A stretch of DNA of 64,000 bases. Source: Alphaproteobacteria bacterium (GTDB lineage: Bacteria > Pseudomonadota > Alphaproteobacteria > GCA-2746255). Numbering within the stretch: position 1 is the first letter of the stretch; each line of letters starts with the position of its first letter. This document shows positions 41,043 to 52,019 of the stretch, piece after piece. A program made the translations under genes and the position numbers. A model generated the notes under the pieces. That model was not told where the DNA came from and ran no database searches. It worked only from the letters and a program-made list of their open reading frames with translations. The stretch spans positions 1,824,001 through 1,888,000 of the forward strand of contig OZ252220.1 in NCBI GenBank assembly GCA_965249135.1. Direction: 5' to 3'.

Positions 41043-41992
41043 GGCTCGGCCGGTCCTTTTGGTAACGCGAGCTGCGTGCCTTCCGGTATGGCGTGACCGC
41101 GCAAAAATGTGTCCGTCGCCAGCATGGCGCGACCGGCGCGCTGGAGCTCGAGGATGCGGATCGCGTCATCGCCTGTGGCGATGGTCAGCCGATCGTCGAG
41201 CACGGTGCCCGGCGGCTTCGCGCTTTCCTGGCCCACGACTTCCACCTTCCTAAGCCCGATTCGCGTGCCCTCGAATTCGAACCAGGCACCCGGCCATGGG
41301 TCGAAGGCGCGGACCCGGCGCTCGAGCTTGGCCGCCGAAAGCCGCCAGTCCATCTCGCCCTCGGCGGGGCGAAGCTTCTCGGCATAGCTCACGCCTGCTT
41401 CGGCCTGCGGTTTGGGCGTGATCCGTCCGCTTGCCAAACCTTCCAAGGCCCTTCCCATCAGTTCCGCGCCCAACTCGGCGAGCCTTCCCTCAAGGCTTCC
41501 GGCCGTGTCGTCGTCGCGGATCGGGATTTCCTCTTGAAGGAGGATCGGCCCGCTGTCCAATCCTTCGTCCACCAGCATGATCGTGACACCCGTCGTCGCG
41601 TCGCCCGCAAGCAAGGCCCGCTGAATGGGCGCCGCGCCACGCCAGCGGGGAAGCAGTGAAGGGTGCAGGTTGAGGCAGCCGAATTTGGGAGCCTCCAGGA
41701 TTGGTTTTGGGAGGATCAGGCCATAGGCAGCGACGACCGCCGCGTCGAGATGGAGGTCTTGAAAGGCGCGTGCCTCTTCTTCCGTCTTTAGGCTTTGCGG
41801 TGTGCGGACGGGAAGGCCATGCCGTTCGGCAAAGCTTTGCACGGGCGTTGCCGACACCTTCTGTCCACGGTCCCGTGGCCGGGCCGGCTGGGCGTAGACG
41901 GCGGCGATCTCATGGCCTGCCTCGATCAGCCGGGCAAGCGTCAGAACGGCAAAATCCGGTGTGCCAAGAAAGGCAAGCTTAAAGAAGGCCAT
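41039..41992 (-). CDS. fmt: Methionyl-tRNA formyltransferase
   Basis: [31 protein letters not shown]. Confidence 0.97.
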   Translation of the reverse strand: MAFFKLAFLGTPDFAVLTLARLIEAGHEIAAVYAQPARPRDRGQKVSATPVQSFAERHGLPVRTPQSLKTEEEARAFQDLHLDAAVVAAYGLILPKPILEAPKFGCLNLHPSLLPRWRGAAPIQRALLAGDATTGVTIMLVDEGLDSGPILLQEEIPIRDDDTAGSLEGRLAELGAELMGRALEGLASGRITPKPQAEAGVSYAEKLRPAEGEMDWRLSAAKLERRVRAFDPWPGAWFEFEGTRIGLRKVEVVGQESAKPPGTVLDDRLTIATGDDAIRILELQRAGRAMLATDTFLRGHAIPEGTQLALPKGPAEP

Positions 41993-42510
41993 CAGGCAAT
42001 CGCCTGCATCCTTTTCAGTTTTGAAAGCTTGCGCAGGATGATGTTGCGTTTCAGCATCGAAAGACGGTCGACGAAAAGAATGCCTTCAAGGTGGTCGATC
42101 TCGTGTTGAATACAGGTGGCCAGTAGACCCTCCACCTCGATTTCGCAAATCTCGTTTTCATAGTCGAGGTAGCGGATTCGCGCCTTCGCCGAACGGGTGA
42201 CCTCCGCGAACTGATCCGGGAGCGACAGGCAGCCCTCTTCGAAGGCGGCCTTTTCCTCGGAAGTCCAGAGGATTTCCGGATTGGCAAGTTTCAGGGGGTT
42301 TGACTTTTCTCCCTCCTTCACCACGTCGACGACAAGAACGCGCTTCGTGACCCCCACCTGCGGCGCAGCCAGGCCGATACCGGGCGCGGCATGCATCGTT
42401 TCGAGCATGTCATCCATGAGACGGCGGATCGCATCGTCCACCTTCTCGACCGGCTCGGACTTCAGCTTGAGCCGGGGGTCCGGTGCCGTAATGACCGGTA
42501 AAATCGCCAT
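41992..42510 (-). CDS. def: Peptide deformylase
   Basis: GIGLAAPQVG, EGCLS, QHEIDHL. Start placed at ATG 42510 (MAILPVI). Confidence 0.97.
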   Translation of the reverse strand: MAILPVITAPDPRLKLKSEPVEKVDDAIRRLMDDMLETMHAAPGIGLAAPQVGVTKRVLVVDVVKEGEKSNPLKLANPEILWTSEEKAAFEEGCLSLPDQFAEVTRSAKARIRYLDYENEICEIEVEGLLATCIQHEIDHLEGILFVDRLSMLKRNIILRKLSKLKRMQAIA

Positions 42511-42516
42511 AAATTC

Positions 42517-42557
42517 AGCATACCCCTTTTGTGAAGACGCGCCAATCTGGGTAGGAT
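42517..42557. promoter_or_regulatory. Overlapping divergent sigma70-like promoters for def and rmuC
   Basis: Minus: TTGGCG-N17-TATGCT-N6-ATG(def). Plus: TTGTGA-N17-TAGGAT-N5-ATG(rmuC). Confidence 0.45.
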
Positions 42558-42562
42558 GAAGC

Positions 42563-43636
42563 ATGGGTCCGACCTTGCAGCTTATCCTGTTCGTTGCCGC
42601 CGCCGCGGCACTCGTTCTTGGCGTGGGCCTTCTTTATCTTGTGGCCCAGCTGCGCGGGCGGTTTGACCAGCAGGCAAAGACGGAAGCCGAAGCGCAACAT
42701 CGGCTGGCCCAAAGTCTGCAGGCCCAGGAGCGCGCTATTAACGAGCGGCTGGAACAGGTTTCGCGCCGGCTGAATGACGGCCTTACGCAATCTACCGAAA
42801 AGACGACGAAAACGATGACGGATCTGCGCGAGCGCTTGGCCGTCATCGACGCCGCCCAGAAAAACATCGCCGAACTTTCAACCCAGGTCGTCGGCCTGCA
42901 GGACATCCTCGCGAACAAGCAGGCGCGCGGCGCCTTCGGCGAAGTGCAGCTTCAGGACCTCGTGCAAGGTGTGTTGCCGGCGTCCGCCTATCGCTTTCAG
43001 GCGACGTTAAGCAACAACAGCCGGGCGGACTGTCTGCTTGCCTTGCCCAACCCGCCGGGGCCGATCGTGATCGATGCGAAATTTCCGCTAGAAAGCTACC
43101 GCGCGCTCCGCGACGCCAAGGACGACGCTTCCTTACGCGATGCTACGCGGCGTTTCGGCACGGATATCCTGAAACACGTCCGCGATATTGCCGAGAAATA
43201 CATTCTGCCCGGCGAGACGGCGGAGCTGGCGCTTATGTTCCTGCCATCCGAAGCAGTTTACGCGGAACTGCACGCAAATTTGCCGGACGTCGTCGAGAAG
43301 GCGCACCGTGCCCGCGTCTATACCGTCTCGCCCAGCACACTTTGGGCGACCTTGAATACGATTCGCGCCGTGCTGAAGGATGTTCATATGCGCGAACAGG
43401 CGCACATCCTTCAGAAGGAAGTGATGATCTTGCTGGAGGACGTCGTCCGTCTCGACAAGCGCGTCGGTAGCCTGCAAGGCCATTTCCATCAGGCGGAGCG
43501 CGATATTGAAGAAATTCAGGTTTCAAGCCGCAAGCTAACGAAGCGGGCGGAACGCATCGGCGAGCTTGAAGTCGAGGAAGACACTGCAAAGGAAATCGCA
43601 TCTGCTCAACCCGCCAAGCCTCGCCTCGTGGAGTAG
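42563..43636 (+). CDS. rmuC: DNA recombination protein RmuC
   Basis: N-terminal TM plus coiled coil, KQARGAFGEVQL, IDAKFPLE, MFLPSEAVYAE. Confidence 0.92.
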   Translation: MGPTLQLILFVAAAAALVLGVGLLYLVAQLRGRFDQQAKTEAEAQHRLAQSLQAQERAINERLEQVSRRLNDGLTQSTEKTTKTMTDLRERLAVIDAAQKNIAELSTQVVGLQDILANKQARGAFGEVQLQDLVQGVLPASAYRFQATLSNNSRADCLLALPNPPGPIVIDAKFPLESYRALRDAKDDASLRDATRRFGTDILKHVRDIAEKYILPGETAELALMFLPSEAVYAELHANLPDVVEKAHRARVYTVSPSTLWATLNTIRAVLKDVHMREQAHILQKEVMILLEDVVRLDKRVGSLQGHFHQAERDIEEIQVSSRKLTKRAERIGELEVEEDTAKEIASAQPAKPRLVE

Positions 43637-43642
43637 GGCCAT

Positions 43643-44986
43643 ATGGCATCCCTGAAGGAGCCAGCCGCGCTTCTAGAAACCATCTTGAAGAAAGCAAGGG
43701 GCCTTGGTGCAAGTGCGGCCGATGCACTTCTTGTCGAGCATGTGGGCCTTTCCGTTCCGTACCGCCTTGGCCGTTCGGAAGGGATCGAGCGAGCGGAAAG
43801 CACGGATCTTGGTTTAAGGGTCTTTGTCGGCCACCGGCAGGCGGTCGTTTCGACGACGGACCTTTCCGAGGCTTCGCTCGACATGTTGGTGGAGCGCTCG
43901 CTTGCCATGGCGAAAACGGTGCCGGAGGATTCCTTTTGCGGCCTGGCCGACCCGCAAGAACTGGCCAACGAATTTCCGGATCTCGACCTCGCCGATCCGA
44001 CGGAGCCGTCCCCGCAAGAATTGATGCGGCGGGCAAAGACGGCAGAGGAGGCCGCCCTTGCCGTTAAGGGTGTCACGAATTCGGAAGGGGCGGAAGCCGG
44101 CTGGCAGCGCAATTGCGTGACGCTCCTCAGCACAAACGGGTTTAGCGGGCATTACACCGTGACGCGTTCGGGCATCGCTGCTTCCGTGCTGGCGGGCACG
44201 GGCACGGAAATGGAGCGGGATTACGAATACGCGAGCGCCCATCATACGCAAGACCTGGAATCGCCGGAAGTCATCGGCAGACAGGCCGGCGAGCGCGCGG
44301 TCAGGCGGCTGCATCCGCGAAAAGTGCAATCGGCCGCCGTCCCCATCGTCTATGAACCACGGGTCGCCAACAGCCTGCTGCATCATTTCGCTTCCGCGAT
44401 CAACGGCTCTGCGATTGCACGCGGCACGAGCTTCTTGAAAGATTGTCTGGGTGGGCGCGTCTTCCCGGAGGGCGTGTCCATCGTCGATGACCCCCACCGT
44501 CCGCGTGGTCTTGCCTCGCGGCCTTTCGATGGCGAGGGGGTGCAGAACCAGCGCCGCTATCTCGTCAAGGACGGCATGCTAGAAACCTGGCTGCTGGACG
44601 TCCGTTCGGCCCGTCAACTCGGCCTCCACTCGACCGGTCATGCGGCAAGAGGCATTTCCTCGCCGCCGTCTCCGGCCCCTACGAATCTCTATCTCGAGCC
44701 AGGAAGGGTGAGCCGTGAATCACTGCTTGGCGATATCGGGGAAGGCCTTCTCGTGACGGAGCTGATCGGCATGGGGGTGAACGGGGTTACCGGCGACTAC
44801 AGTCGGGGAGCAGCCGGTTTCTGGATCGAAAAGGGCGAAGTCGTCTATCCGGTAGGCGAGATCACGATTGCCGGGAATTTGCGCGAGATGTTTCAGAACG
44901 TAACGGCGGCCAACGACCTTGAATTTCGTCATGGGACAGATGCGCCGACGCTTCGGGTCGATGGAATGATGGTCGCCGGCGTCTGA
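43643..44986 (+). CDS. pmbA: TldE/PmbA metalloprotease subunit
   Basis: GLRVFVG, TNSEGA, SRPFDGEG, STGHA, TGDYSRGA.GF.IE.GE...PV.EITIAGNL. Confidence 0.9.
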   Translation: MASLKEPAALLETILKKARGLGASAADALLVEHVGLSVPYRLGRSEGIERAESTDLGLRVFVGHRQAVVSTTDLSEASLDMLVERSLAMAKTVPEDSFCGLADPQELANEFPDLDLADPTEPSPQELMRRAKTAEEAALAVKGVTNSEGAEAGWQRNCVTLLSTNGFSGHYTVTRSGIAASVLAGTGTEMERDYEYASAHHTQDLESPEVIGRQAGERAVRRLHPRKVQSAAVPIVYEPRVANSLLHHFASAINGSAIARGTSFLKDCLGGRVFPEGVSIVDDPHRPRGLASRPFDGEGVQNQRRYLVKDGMLETWLLDVRSARQLGLHSTGHAARGISSPPSPAPTNLYLEPGRVSRESLLGDIGEGLLVTELIGMGVNGVTGDYSRGAAGFWIEKGEVVYPVGEITIAGNLREMFQNVTAANDLEFRHGTDAPTLRVDGMMVAGV

Positions 44987-45043
44987 GGGGACCGGTGGTG
45001 GTCGCCAGCGGGCGGGCATGCTATCTTCCGTGATACTTCGCAT

Positions 45044-46855
45044 GTGAATCACACGAAAATGGCCCCTCCACCCTTGAAGCTGGATGAAACGACGCTGGCG
45101 CTTGTGCGCCGGCTTTTTCGGGAAAGCATCCGGCCGTACGTCTGGCGGCTCACCGCCGCCACTTTCTTCATGGTCCTGGTTGCAGGAGCCACGGCGGCAA
45201 ACGCCTGGATCATGCAGCCGGTCCTGGACGACGTGTTCCTGAATCAGGATCAGCTTATGTTGATCCTTGTTCCGATCGCGATTCTTGTGATCGCGGCGGT
45301 GAAGGGATTCTCGACCTACGGTCAGGCGATCCTGATGAATTTCGTCGGCCAGCGGATCATCGCGAACATCCAGGTTCGGATGTATGCGCATTTGATTCGG
45401 GCGGACCTTGCTTTCTTTCACGACACGTCGACCGGCACGCTGGTTTCCCGTTTTACCCACGACCTGCAGTTGTTGCGCGTTGCGGTGGCAAACGCGCTTA
45501 CCGGCATGGTGAAGGATTCGCTGACGCTCGTCTTTCTCGTGGGGGTCATGTTTTATCAGGATTGGACCCTCGCGCTGATTACGTTCTTCATCTACCCGGC
45601 GGCCGCTTTTCCGATCATTCGCGTCGGCCGACGGATGCGCAAGATCTCGACCGGCATGCAACAGGCGGTGGGCAGGCTGACCTCGCTTCTGGATGAAACC
45701 TTCCAAGGCACGCGGCACGTCAAGGCTTACGGAATGGAGGACTATGAGACGGGGCGCGCCGCCGACATCGTCGAAGACGTCTTCGGGCTTACCTTCAAAT
45801 CGACGAAAGTCCGGAACGTCGTCCATCCGGTGATGGAACTCCTGGGCAGTTGCGGCATCGCCTTCGTCGTCTTCTATGGAGGGAGCCAGGTGATTTCGGG
45901 AACGACGACGCCGGGCGCCTTCTTCTCGTTCATCGCCGCGTTGCTGATGGCCTATCAACCGATGAAAAGCATTGCCAATCTGAACGCGACCCTTCAGGAG
46001 GGGCTTGCGGCGGCGACGCGGGTCTTCACGCTGCTGGATCTTGAGCCGGACATCCGGGACCGGTCCGGCGCCAAACCACTTGAGGTGAACGGCGGAACAA
46101 TCGCCTTCGAAGACGTCCACTTCGCCTATGGGAAGGAAAGCCCGGCGCTGCATGGGGTGAGCCTCCGCGTGCCGGCCGGCAAAACGGCCGCCCTTGTCGG
46201 CCCGTCTGGCAGCGGGAAATCCACCATCTTGAACCTGATCCCTCGTTTCTACGACGTCGATAAAGGCCATGTGCAAATCGATGGCCAGGACATTCGTGAG
46301 ATCACGGTTTCGAGCCTGAGGGGGGCGATTGCGCTCGTCAGTCAGGAAATTGGCCTGTTCGACGACACGGTGCGGGCGAATATCCTCTATGGTCGGCCGG
46401 ACGCGACGGAAGCCGAGATCGCGCAGGCAGCAGCGGGGGCGGCGGCCGACGAGTTTATTCGCAAGCTGCCGGAGGGCTATGACACGGTCATCGGGGAACG
46501 CGGCGTGAAGCTTTCCGGGGGTCAGCGCCAGCGCATCGAAATTGCCCGCGCCATGCTTCGCAATGCCCCGATCCTGCTCCTCGACGAGGCGACATCGGCG
46601 CTCGATACCGAATCGGAACGCCAAGTTCAGTCGGCATTGCAGCGGTTAAAGGAAGGGCGAACAACCATCGTCATCGCGCACCGACTTTCCACCGTCCAGG
46701 ATGCCGACATCATCTATGTGGTCACGGCGGGCCGTATCGTCGAAGAGGGATCGCACACCGAGCTTCTAGCTCGGAATGGAACCTATGCGCGACTCTACGC
46801 CCTTCAATTCGAAGGCGCAGCGGCGATCGAGAACCAGACCCTAGCGCAGGCGTGA
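45044..46855 (+). CDS. msbA: MsbA-like lipid A-core ABC exporter
   Basis: 6-TM domain plus GPSGSGKST, LSGGQRQR, LLDEATSALD, IAHRLST. In an operon with waaA and lpxK. Start may be ATG 45059. Confidence 0.8.
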   Translation: MNHTKMAPPPLKLDETTLALVRRLFRESIRPYVWRLTAATFFMVLVAGATAANAWIMQPVLDDVFLNQDQLMLILVPIAILVIAAVKGFSTYGQAILMNFVGQRIIANIQVRMYAHLIRADLAFFHDTSTGTLVSRFTHDLQLLRVAVANALTGMVKDSLTLVFLVGVMFYQDWTLALITFFIYPAAAFPIIRVGRRMRKISTGMQQAVGRLTSLLDETFQGTRHVKAYGMEDYETGRAADIVEDVFGLTFKSTKVRNVVHPVMELLGSCGIAFVVFYGGSQVISGTTTPGAFFSFIAALLMAYQPMKSIANLNATLQEGLAAATRVFTLLDLEPDIRDRSGAKPLEVNGGTIAFEDVHFAYGKESPALHGVSLRVPAGKTAALVGPSGSGKSTILNLIPRFYDVDKGHVQIDGQDIREITVSSLRGAIALVSQEIGLFDDTVRANILYGRPDATEAEIAQAAAGAAADEFIRKLPEGYDTVIGERGVKLSGGQRQRIEIARAMLRNAPILLLDEATSALDTESERQVQSALQRLKEGRTTIVIAHRLSTVQDADIIYVVTAGRIVEEGSHTELLARNGTYARLYALQFEGAAAIENQTLAQA

Positions 46856-46859
46856 TTCG

Positions 46860-47567
46860 GTGCGGCTTCGAAAGCGGCTTTTAGATTTTGACTTCGTTCA
46901 GCGTCTGCTAGGCGCGTTGATTGCGTTTTACATTTTCTTCGTCTATCGGACGAGCCATTGGTCCGTCGAGGGAAGGGAACACCCGCAGCCCTTCTGGGAT
47001 TCCGGCAAGAATTTCATCGTGTGCTTCTGGCATGGGCGGATGCTGATGCTGGGGTATGCGTGGGAAAGCCAGCGTCCCTACACGCAGCTGAACTCCGGCC
47101 ATCGGGACGGAATCATCAGTATCCGGGCGCAGGCGCATTTCGGGGCACGCACGGTGATCGGATCGGCGACCGTCGCGGCGCTGACGGCGTTTCGCGGCCT
47201 CCTCAAGACGGTGCGTTCCGGCGAGACGATCGGCATCACGCCGGACGGCCCCCATGGTCCACGCATGCGTGCAAAGCCAGGCATCGTGACGATTGCCAGC
47301 AAGACCGGCGTGCCGATCCTGCCGCTCGCTTTCTCCGCCAAGCGGTCTAAGACGCTGTCAAGCTGGGACCGGTTCATCCTTCCCTATCCTTTTACCCGTG
47401 GCCATTTTGCATGGGGTGAGCCGATCCACGTGCCGAAGGACCTGGATGAGGAAGCGCTCGAAGCCACCCGGCAGCTCGTGGAGGATCGGCTCTATGCGCT
47501 TACGGTTGCGGCGGATGCAAAATATGGCCGCCCGCCGATTCCCCAAGCCGAGGAGGCGGACGTCTGA
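46860..47567 (+). CDS. DUF374 lysophospholipid acyltransferase family (LpxJ-like)
   Basis: FWHGR, S.HRDG, ITPDGP.GP, SWDRF..P.PF. Directly upstream of waaA. Confidence 0.85.
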   Translation: MRLRKRLLDFDFVQRLLGALIAFYIFFVYRTSHWSVEGREHPQPFWDSGKNFIVCFWHGRMLMLGYAWESQRPYTQLNSGHRDGIISIRAQAHFGARTVIGSATVAALTAFRGLLKTVRSGETIGITPDGPHGPRMRAKPGIVTIASKTGVPILPLAFSAKRSKTLSSWDRFILPYPFTRGHFAWGEPIHVPKDLDEEALEATRQLVEDRLYALTVAADAKYGRPPIPQAEEADV

Positions 47568-47569
47568 CG

Positions 47570-48862
47570 GTGTTTTTCCTTTACCGCGCAGCGACGGTCC
47601 TTGGTGCTCCTGGCGTTCGCCTGTACCTGCGTTGGCGCCTCCGCAGAGGGAAAGAGGATCGCGCGCGGCTGCCGGAGCGCCTCGGCTTTGCCTCCATTCC
47701 GCGACCGGCCGGGCCACTCGTTTGGGTCCATGCGGCAAGTGTCGGCGAATCCCTTTCCATCCTGCCGCTTGTAAGCCGGCTTCGCAAGGAGGCGTCGGCA
47801 CCACGGGTCCTGGTGACGACCGGGACGGTGACCTCGGCGAAGCTGATGGCGGAGCGGCTACCGGAAGGAGCCTTTCACCAGTTCTCGCCGGTCGATCTGC
47901 CGACGGCAGTGCTGCGTTTTCTCGATCACTGGCGGCCCGACCTCGTGCTTTGGGTCGAGTCGGAATTTTGGCCGAACCTGCTTTCCGAGTTTCGGGGTCG
48001 CGGGCTTCCGGCGGTCCTTGTGAATGCCAGGCTTTCGGACCGTTCCTTTCGGGGTTGGCGACGGCTTGCCGGCTTTGCGGCGGAACTCCTCGCGAGCTTC
48101 CGGCTTTCCCTTGCTCAGAGCGAGGAGACAGCGGACCGTCTTCGCAGCCTTGGCGGCACGAATATCGAATGCGTCGGCAATCTGAAATACGCCGCCGATC
48201 CATTGCCGGCGAAGGGCGACGCGTTGGCAGCGGTCCAGGGCGAACTCAAAGGCCGGCCCTGCTGGCTTGCGGCAAGCGTCCATCCCAGAGAAGAGCAGGT
48301 GGCGGCACGGGTCCACCGCGGGCTTAAGGCCCGCTATCCGGGTCTTCTCACCGTTGTCGTGCCGCGTCATCCGACCCTGGGCCTGAAGATGGCAGCGAGC
48401 TTACATGCCCAGGGCCTCACGATTGCCCGACGGGCCGCCGGCGATGCCATCACGGCGGAGACGGACGTCTACCTCGCCGATACGCTGGGAGAGCTCGGCC
48501 TCTTCTATCGCCTCGCACCCGTCGTCTTCGTCGGCGGGTCCCTGGTGCCCCATGGCGGGCAGAACCTGCTGGAGCCGGCACGGCTGGATTGCGCGATCCT
48601 CCACGGCCCCCACATTGAAAACTTCACCCACATCGCCGAGGCGCTAGCTGGGGCAGAGGCGGCCTGGCAAGTTGCGGACGCGGACGGCCTGGCGACGGCG
48701 GTCGATTCCCTGCTGAAGGACCCCGAGCGGGGGCTACGCATGGCAGCGGCGGCGAAACGAGTGGCCGAAGGCGAGGCGGGTGTCCTCGACCGCATCCTCG
48801 AGAAACTCGCGCCCTTTCTCGAGACGCCGGCCGAGCGGCGGGGGGAAGGCCCCCATGCGTAG
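47570..48862 (+). CDS. waaA: Kdo transferase
   Basis: WVHAASVGE, ESEFWPN, VNARLS, VPRHP, DTLGEL, GGQNLLEPA. Confidence 0.95.
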   Translation: MFFLYRAATVLGAPGVRLYLRWRLRRGKEDRARLPERLGFASIPRPAGPLVWVHAASVGESLSILPLVSRLRKEASAPRVLVTTGTVTSAKLMAERLPEGAFHQFSPVDLPTAVLRFLDHWRPDLVLWVESEFWPNLLSEFRGRGLPAVLVNARLSDRSFRGWRRLAGFAAELLASFRLSLAQSEETADRLRSLGGTNIECVGNLKYAADPLPAKGDALAAVQGELKGRPCWLAASVHPREEQVAARVHRGLKARYPGLLTVVVPRHPTLGLKMAASLHAQGLTIARRAAGDAITAETDVYLADTLGELGLFYRLAPVVFVGGSLVPHGGQNLLEPARLDCAILHGPHIENFTHIAEALAGAEAAWQVADADGLATAVDSLLKDPERGLRMAAAAKRVAEGEAGVLDRILEKLAPFLETPAERRGEGPHA

Positions 48863-49829
48863 CCCCCGCTTCTGGGAGACGGAGGGCTGGTTCTCCGCGG
48901 TCCTTGTCCCCCTTGGCCTGCTCTGGGCAACTGGGGCCCGCCTGCATCGTACCCTCGCCAAGCCCTACCTGGCAGCCATACCCGTGATCTGCGTTGGCAA
49001 TCTGGTCGTGGGAGGGACCGGGAAAACACCCGTAACCATTGCAATCGCTGAGTATTTAAAGGATCAAGGCATGACACCGCATGTGCTGAGCCGCGGGTAT
49101 GGCGGTAGTGCCTGGGGCCCTACCCGGGTCGATTCCCAACGCCATGACGCCGCCGATGTGGGCGATGAAGCGCTGCTGTTGGCCGCCGTGGCGCCGACTT
49201 GGGTCGGCGGGGACCGGGCCGCCTCGGCGCGGGCCGCCGAAGCAGCGGGTGCCGCCTGCCTCCTTCTGGATGACGGTCTTCAGAACCCGACCCTGGAAAA
49301 GGATCTATCGCTGATCGTCGTCGACGGCGGCTATGGCTTCGGCAACGGCCGCTTGGTGCCGGCGGGTCCCTTGCGGGAGCCGATCAAGGAAGGCTTGAGG
49401 CGGGCCGGCGCCGTCGTGCTGGTAGGAAGGGACGAGGCGCGTGTCGAACAAACCCTCGCCAGCCGGGTGCCGGTTCTCCGTGGCCGCCTGGTGCCGACCG
49501 GCTCGCTGGAGGCGCTTGCCGACAAGCGCGTGCTTGCCTTTGCCGGCATCGGTCGGCCGGAAAAGTTTTTCGAAATGCTCCGCGAGGCCGGCCTAAGGGT
49601 CGCGCAGGCGCATGGGTTTGCGGACCATCACCCCTATCGCAAGGCGGAGATCGAGGCGCTCCTCGAGACCGCGGCGGCGCTGGATGCCGTGCCGGTGACG
49701 ACGGCAAAGGATGCCATGCGGCTGCCGGCCGGCCTTCGCGAACGCGTCCATGTCATCCCGGTTTGCTTCCTCTGGGAGGACGCCGACGCCATCGCGGCCC
49801 TACTGCGTCCGGTGCTGCCCAACGCTTAG
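48855..49829 (+). CDS. lpxK: Tetraacyldisaccharide 4'-kinase
   Basis: VICVGNLVVGGTGKTP, SRGYGG, GDEALL, LDDGLQ, PAGPLRE, FADHH, TT.KD. Start placed at ATG 48855. Confidence 0.95.
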   Translation: MRSPRFWETEGWFSAVLVPLGLLWATGARLHRTLAKPYLAAIPVICVGNLVVGGTGKTPVTIAIAEYLKDQGMTPHVLSRGYGGSAWGPTRVDSQRHDAADVGDEALLLAAVAPTWVGGDRAASARAAEAAGAACLLLDDGLQNPTLEKDLSLIVVDGGYGFGNGRLVPAGPLREPIKEGLRRAGAVVLVGRDEARVEQTLASRVPVLRGRLVPTGSLEALADKRVLAFAGIGRPEKFFEMLREAGLRVAQAHGFADHHPYRKAEIEALLETAAALDAVPVTTAKDAMRLPAGLRERVHVIPVCFLWEDADAIAALLRPVLPNA

Positions 49830-50668
49830 AGGCGTTTCGGCATCGGCCCCGCGACGAGTTCGGGGTCGACATGGGTCCTGAACCAGTTGACCCCCCAATG
49901 GAGGTGTGGCGCGGTTGCGCGCCCGCTTGCGCCGACCGCACCGATCGGGTCCCCCTTCTTCACGCGGGCCCCCTTCTCGACGTCGATGCGGTCAAGATGG
50001 GCATAGACCGTGAACAGCCCATGGCCATGATCGAGGAGCAGGGTCTTGCCGGTGAAGAACATGTCCGGGTGGCGCCAGGCGACGATGCCGTCCGCTGGCG
50101 CCCGGATCGGGGTGCCCTTCGGAGCGGCGATATCCGTCCCGGAATGAGGGCTTCGCCGTTCGCCGTTCAGGATCCTCTCGCTGCCAAAGACGCCGCTGAT
50201 CCGTCCCACCACCGGCCAGTCGAAGCCGCTCGTGAAGAAGGGCTCGTCGGTGTCCGCTTGGCGGGCCTTCGCAAGGGCTGCGCCCTCGGTCCGGATGCGT
50301 GCGATGTCGGCTTGGGAGGGGGCTACCTTGCCGGCAGGCAGACCATCGATCTTCTCGACGGGGAATTCCCGCTGCTCGATCGGGATCCGCCGGAGCCCGC
50401 CTTTGCCGCTCGGGAAACGGTAGGTCATCAGGACGTGTTGCTTCGCCTTGCGGCCGAAGGCGATGACGAAATGGCCCTCCTTGGAAAGGTGGAGAAACTT
50501 GCCCTCGAAGCGAACCTTCGAGCCAGGCGGAACCTGCCCCGTCACCAGCCCGCCCTGGATGAAGTGCCCCTTGAAATGAAAATCGGGATCGCTATCACCC
50601 TCGGCGGAAGCGGGACCGGCGAATGGCAAAAGCAGAAGCGGCACGAAAAAAAACGCGCGTCGCATCAA
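49826..50668 (-). CDS. M23 family metallopeptidase
   Basis: Signal peptide, HSGTD (HxxxD), [12 protein letters not shown] (HxH). Confidence 0.92.
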   Translation of the reverse strand: MMRRAFFFVPLLLLPFAGPASAEGDSDPDFHFKGHFIQGGLVTGQVPPGSKVRFEGKFLHLSKEGHFVIAFGRKAKQHVLMTYRFPSGKGGLRRIPIEQREFPVEKIDGLPAGKVAPSQADIARIRTEGAALAKARQADTDEPFFTSGFDWPVVGRISGVFGSERILNGERRSPHSGTDIAAPKGTPIRAPADGIVAWRHPDMFFTGKTLLLDHGHGLFTVYAHLDRIDVEKGARVKKGDPIGAVGASGRATAPHLHWGVNWFRTHVDPELVAGPMPKRL

Positions 50669-51957
50669 AAAAGTTCTCCCTGTCCCGCCTTTCGCCGCGG
50701 GGATTTCTTCGTCACCTTCGCCTTTTTTGTTTTCGCCTTGTCGATGACGGCGCCCACCTCGCCGTCTTGGAAGCGAATCCCAACCCCCATCCCGGGCTTG
50801 GTTTCCTGTACCGAAGTCACCGGCTCGCCCTCAGGGTCGCGAACCAGCGCAAAGCCGCGTTCGAGCACCCGTGTGTAGGAAAGGCTTTCGATCAGGCGAT
50901 CGAGGCCATGGAGGCGGGTTTGTTGCGTGGCGAGGTTTTGGGTCATGGCGTTCTTCATGCGGTCCGTCCACTCGTCCAGACGTTGGGCCGCCATCTCGAG
51001 AAGGGATTTCGGGTCGATCAATCCGCGGACCAGCACCTTCAGATGCGTGCGGTGGGTTTCCAAATAACGCTCCATCGTTCCCACCAGGCGGCGCGCATGG
51101 TCAAGCACATCCTCCAGCAGTTCGGCGCGCACCGGGACCGCCATCTCGGCCGCCGCCGTCGGCGTCGGTGCGCGCACATCGGCGGCGTAGTCGATGAGCG
51201 TCGTGTCCGTCTCATGGCCGACGGCCGAGATCAGCGGGATCTTCGAGGCCGCCGTTGCCCGCACGACGATTTCCTCATTGAACGCCCAAAGGTCCTCGAG
51301 GCTGCCACCACCGCGTGCGACGATGAGCATATCGGGTCGGGGCAGTTTTCCGCCCTTCTTCAGCCGGTTGAATCCTGCGATCGCGGCGGCGATTTCTTTT
51401 GCCGCCCCTTCGCCCTGCACGAGCACGGGCCAAAGCAAGACGGGGCGGGGAAATCGATCGTTCAGCCGATGCAGGATGTCCTGGATGACGGCGCCGGTCG
51501 GCGAGGTGACGACCCCGATCCGCTCCGGCAAATAGGGAAGGGGTTGCTTGCGCGTGTCATCGAACAGGCCCTCTTCGGCGAGTTTCTTCCGCCGTTCCTC
51601 GAGCAGCTTCAGGAGCGCCCCTTCGCCGGCCACCTCCATCTCCTCGACCACGATCTGGTAGCGCGATCGCCCCGGATAGGTCGTGATCCGGCCGGTGCAG
51701 ATAACCTCGAGCCCGTCCGCCGGTTTCGTGGCGAGCGTGGTGCCCCGCCAGCAGACGACATCGAGCACCGCCTTTTCGTCCTTGAGTGCGAAGTAAAGGT
51801 GGCCGGAGGCAGCGCGTTTGAAACCGGAAATCTCGCCACGCACCCGGACCTGACCGAAGGCCTCCTCAACGGTCCGTTTGAGGGCCAGCGAAAGCTCGCT
51901 TACGCTGAATTCGACGAGGGTATGTTCGGGCGCGGATTCGGGCGAATTGTTCGTCAT
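50665..51957 (-). CDS. xseA: Exodeoxyribonuclease VII large subunit
   Basis: [56 protein letters not shown]. Start placed at ATG 51957. Confidence 0.95.
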   Translation of the reverse strand: MTNNSPESAPEHTLVEFSVSELSLALKRTVEEAFGQVRVRGEISGFKRAASGHLYFALKDEKAVLDVVCWRGTTLATKPADGLEVICTGRITTYPGRSRYQIVVEEMEVAGEGALLKLLEERRKKLAEEGLFDDTRKQPLPYLPERIGVVTSPTGAVIQDILHRLNDRFPRPVLLWPVLVQGEGAAKEIAAAIAGFNRLKKGGKLPRPDMLIVARGGGSLEDLWAFNEEIVVRATAASKIPLISAVGHETDTTLIDYAADVRAPTPTAAAEMAVPVRAELLEDVLDHARRLVGTMERYLETHRTHLKVLVRGLIDPKSLLEMAAQRLDEWTDRMKNAMTQNLATQQTRLHGLDRLIESLSYTRVLERGFALVRDPEGEPVTSVQETKPGMGVGIRFQDGEVGAVIDKAKTKKAKVTKKSPRRKAGQGELF

Positions 51958-52019
51958 GGGTTCCGATGATATCAAGAGGCCTGCCCCAGTGGAACGCGCA
52001 GGTCGAAGGACGAGGGAGG

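Noticed and set aside
44720-46624. 634-aa antisense ORF opposite msbA
   Set aside because: Shadow ORF typical of GC-rich coding DNA. No motifs, and it almost entirely overlaps well-supported genes (msbA and the pmbA 3' end).
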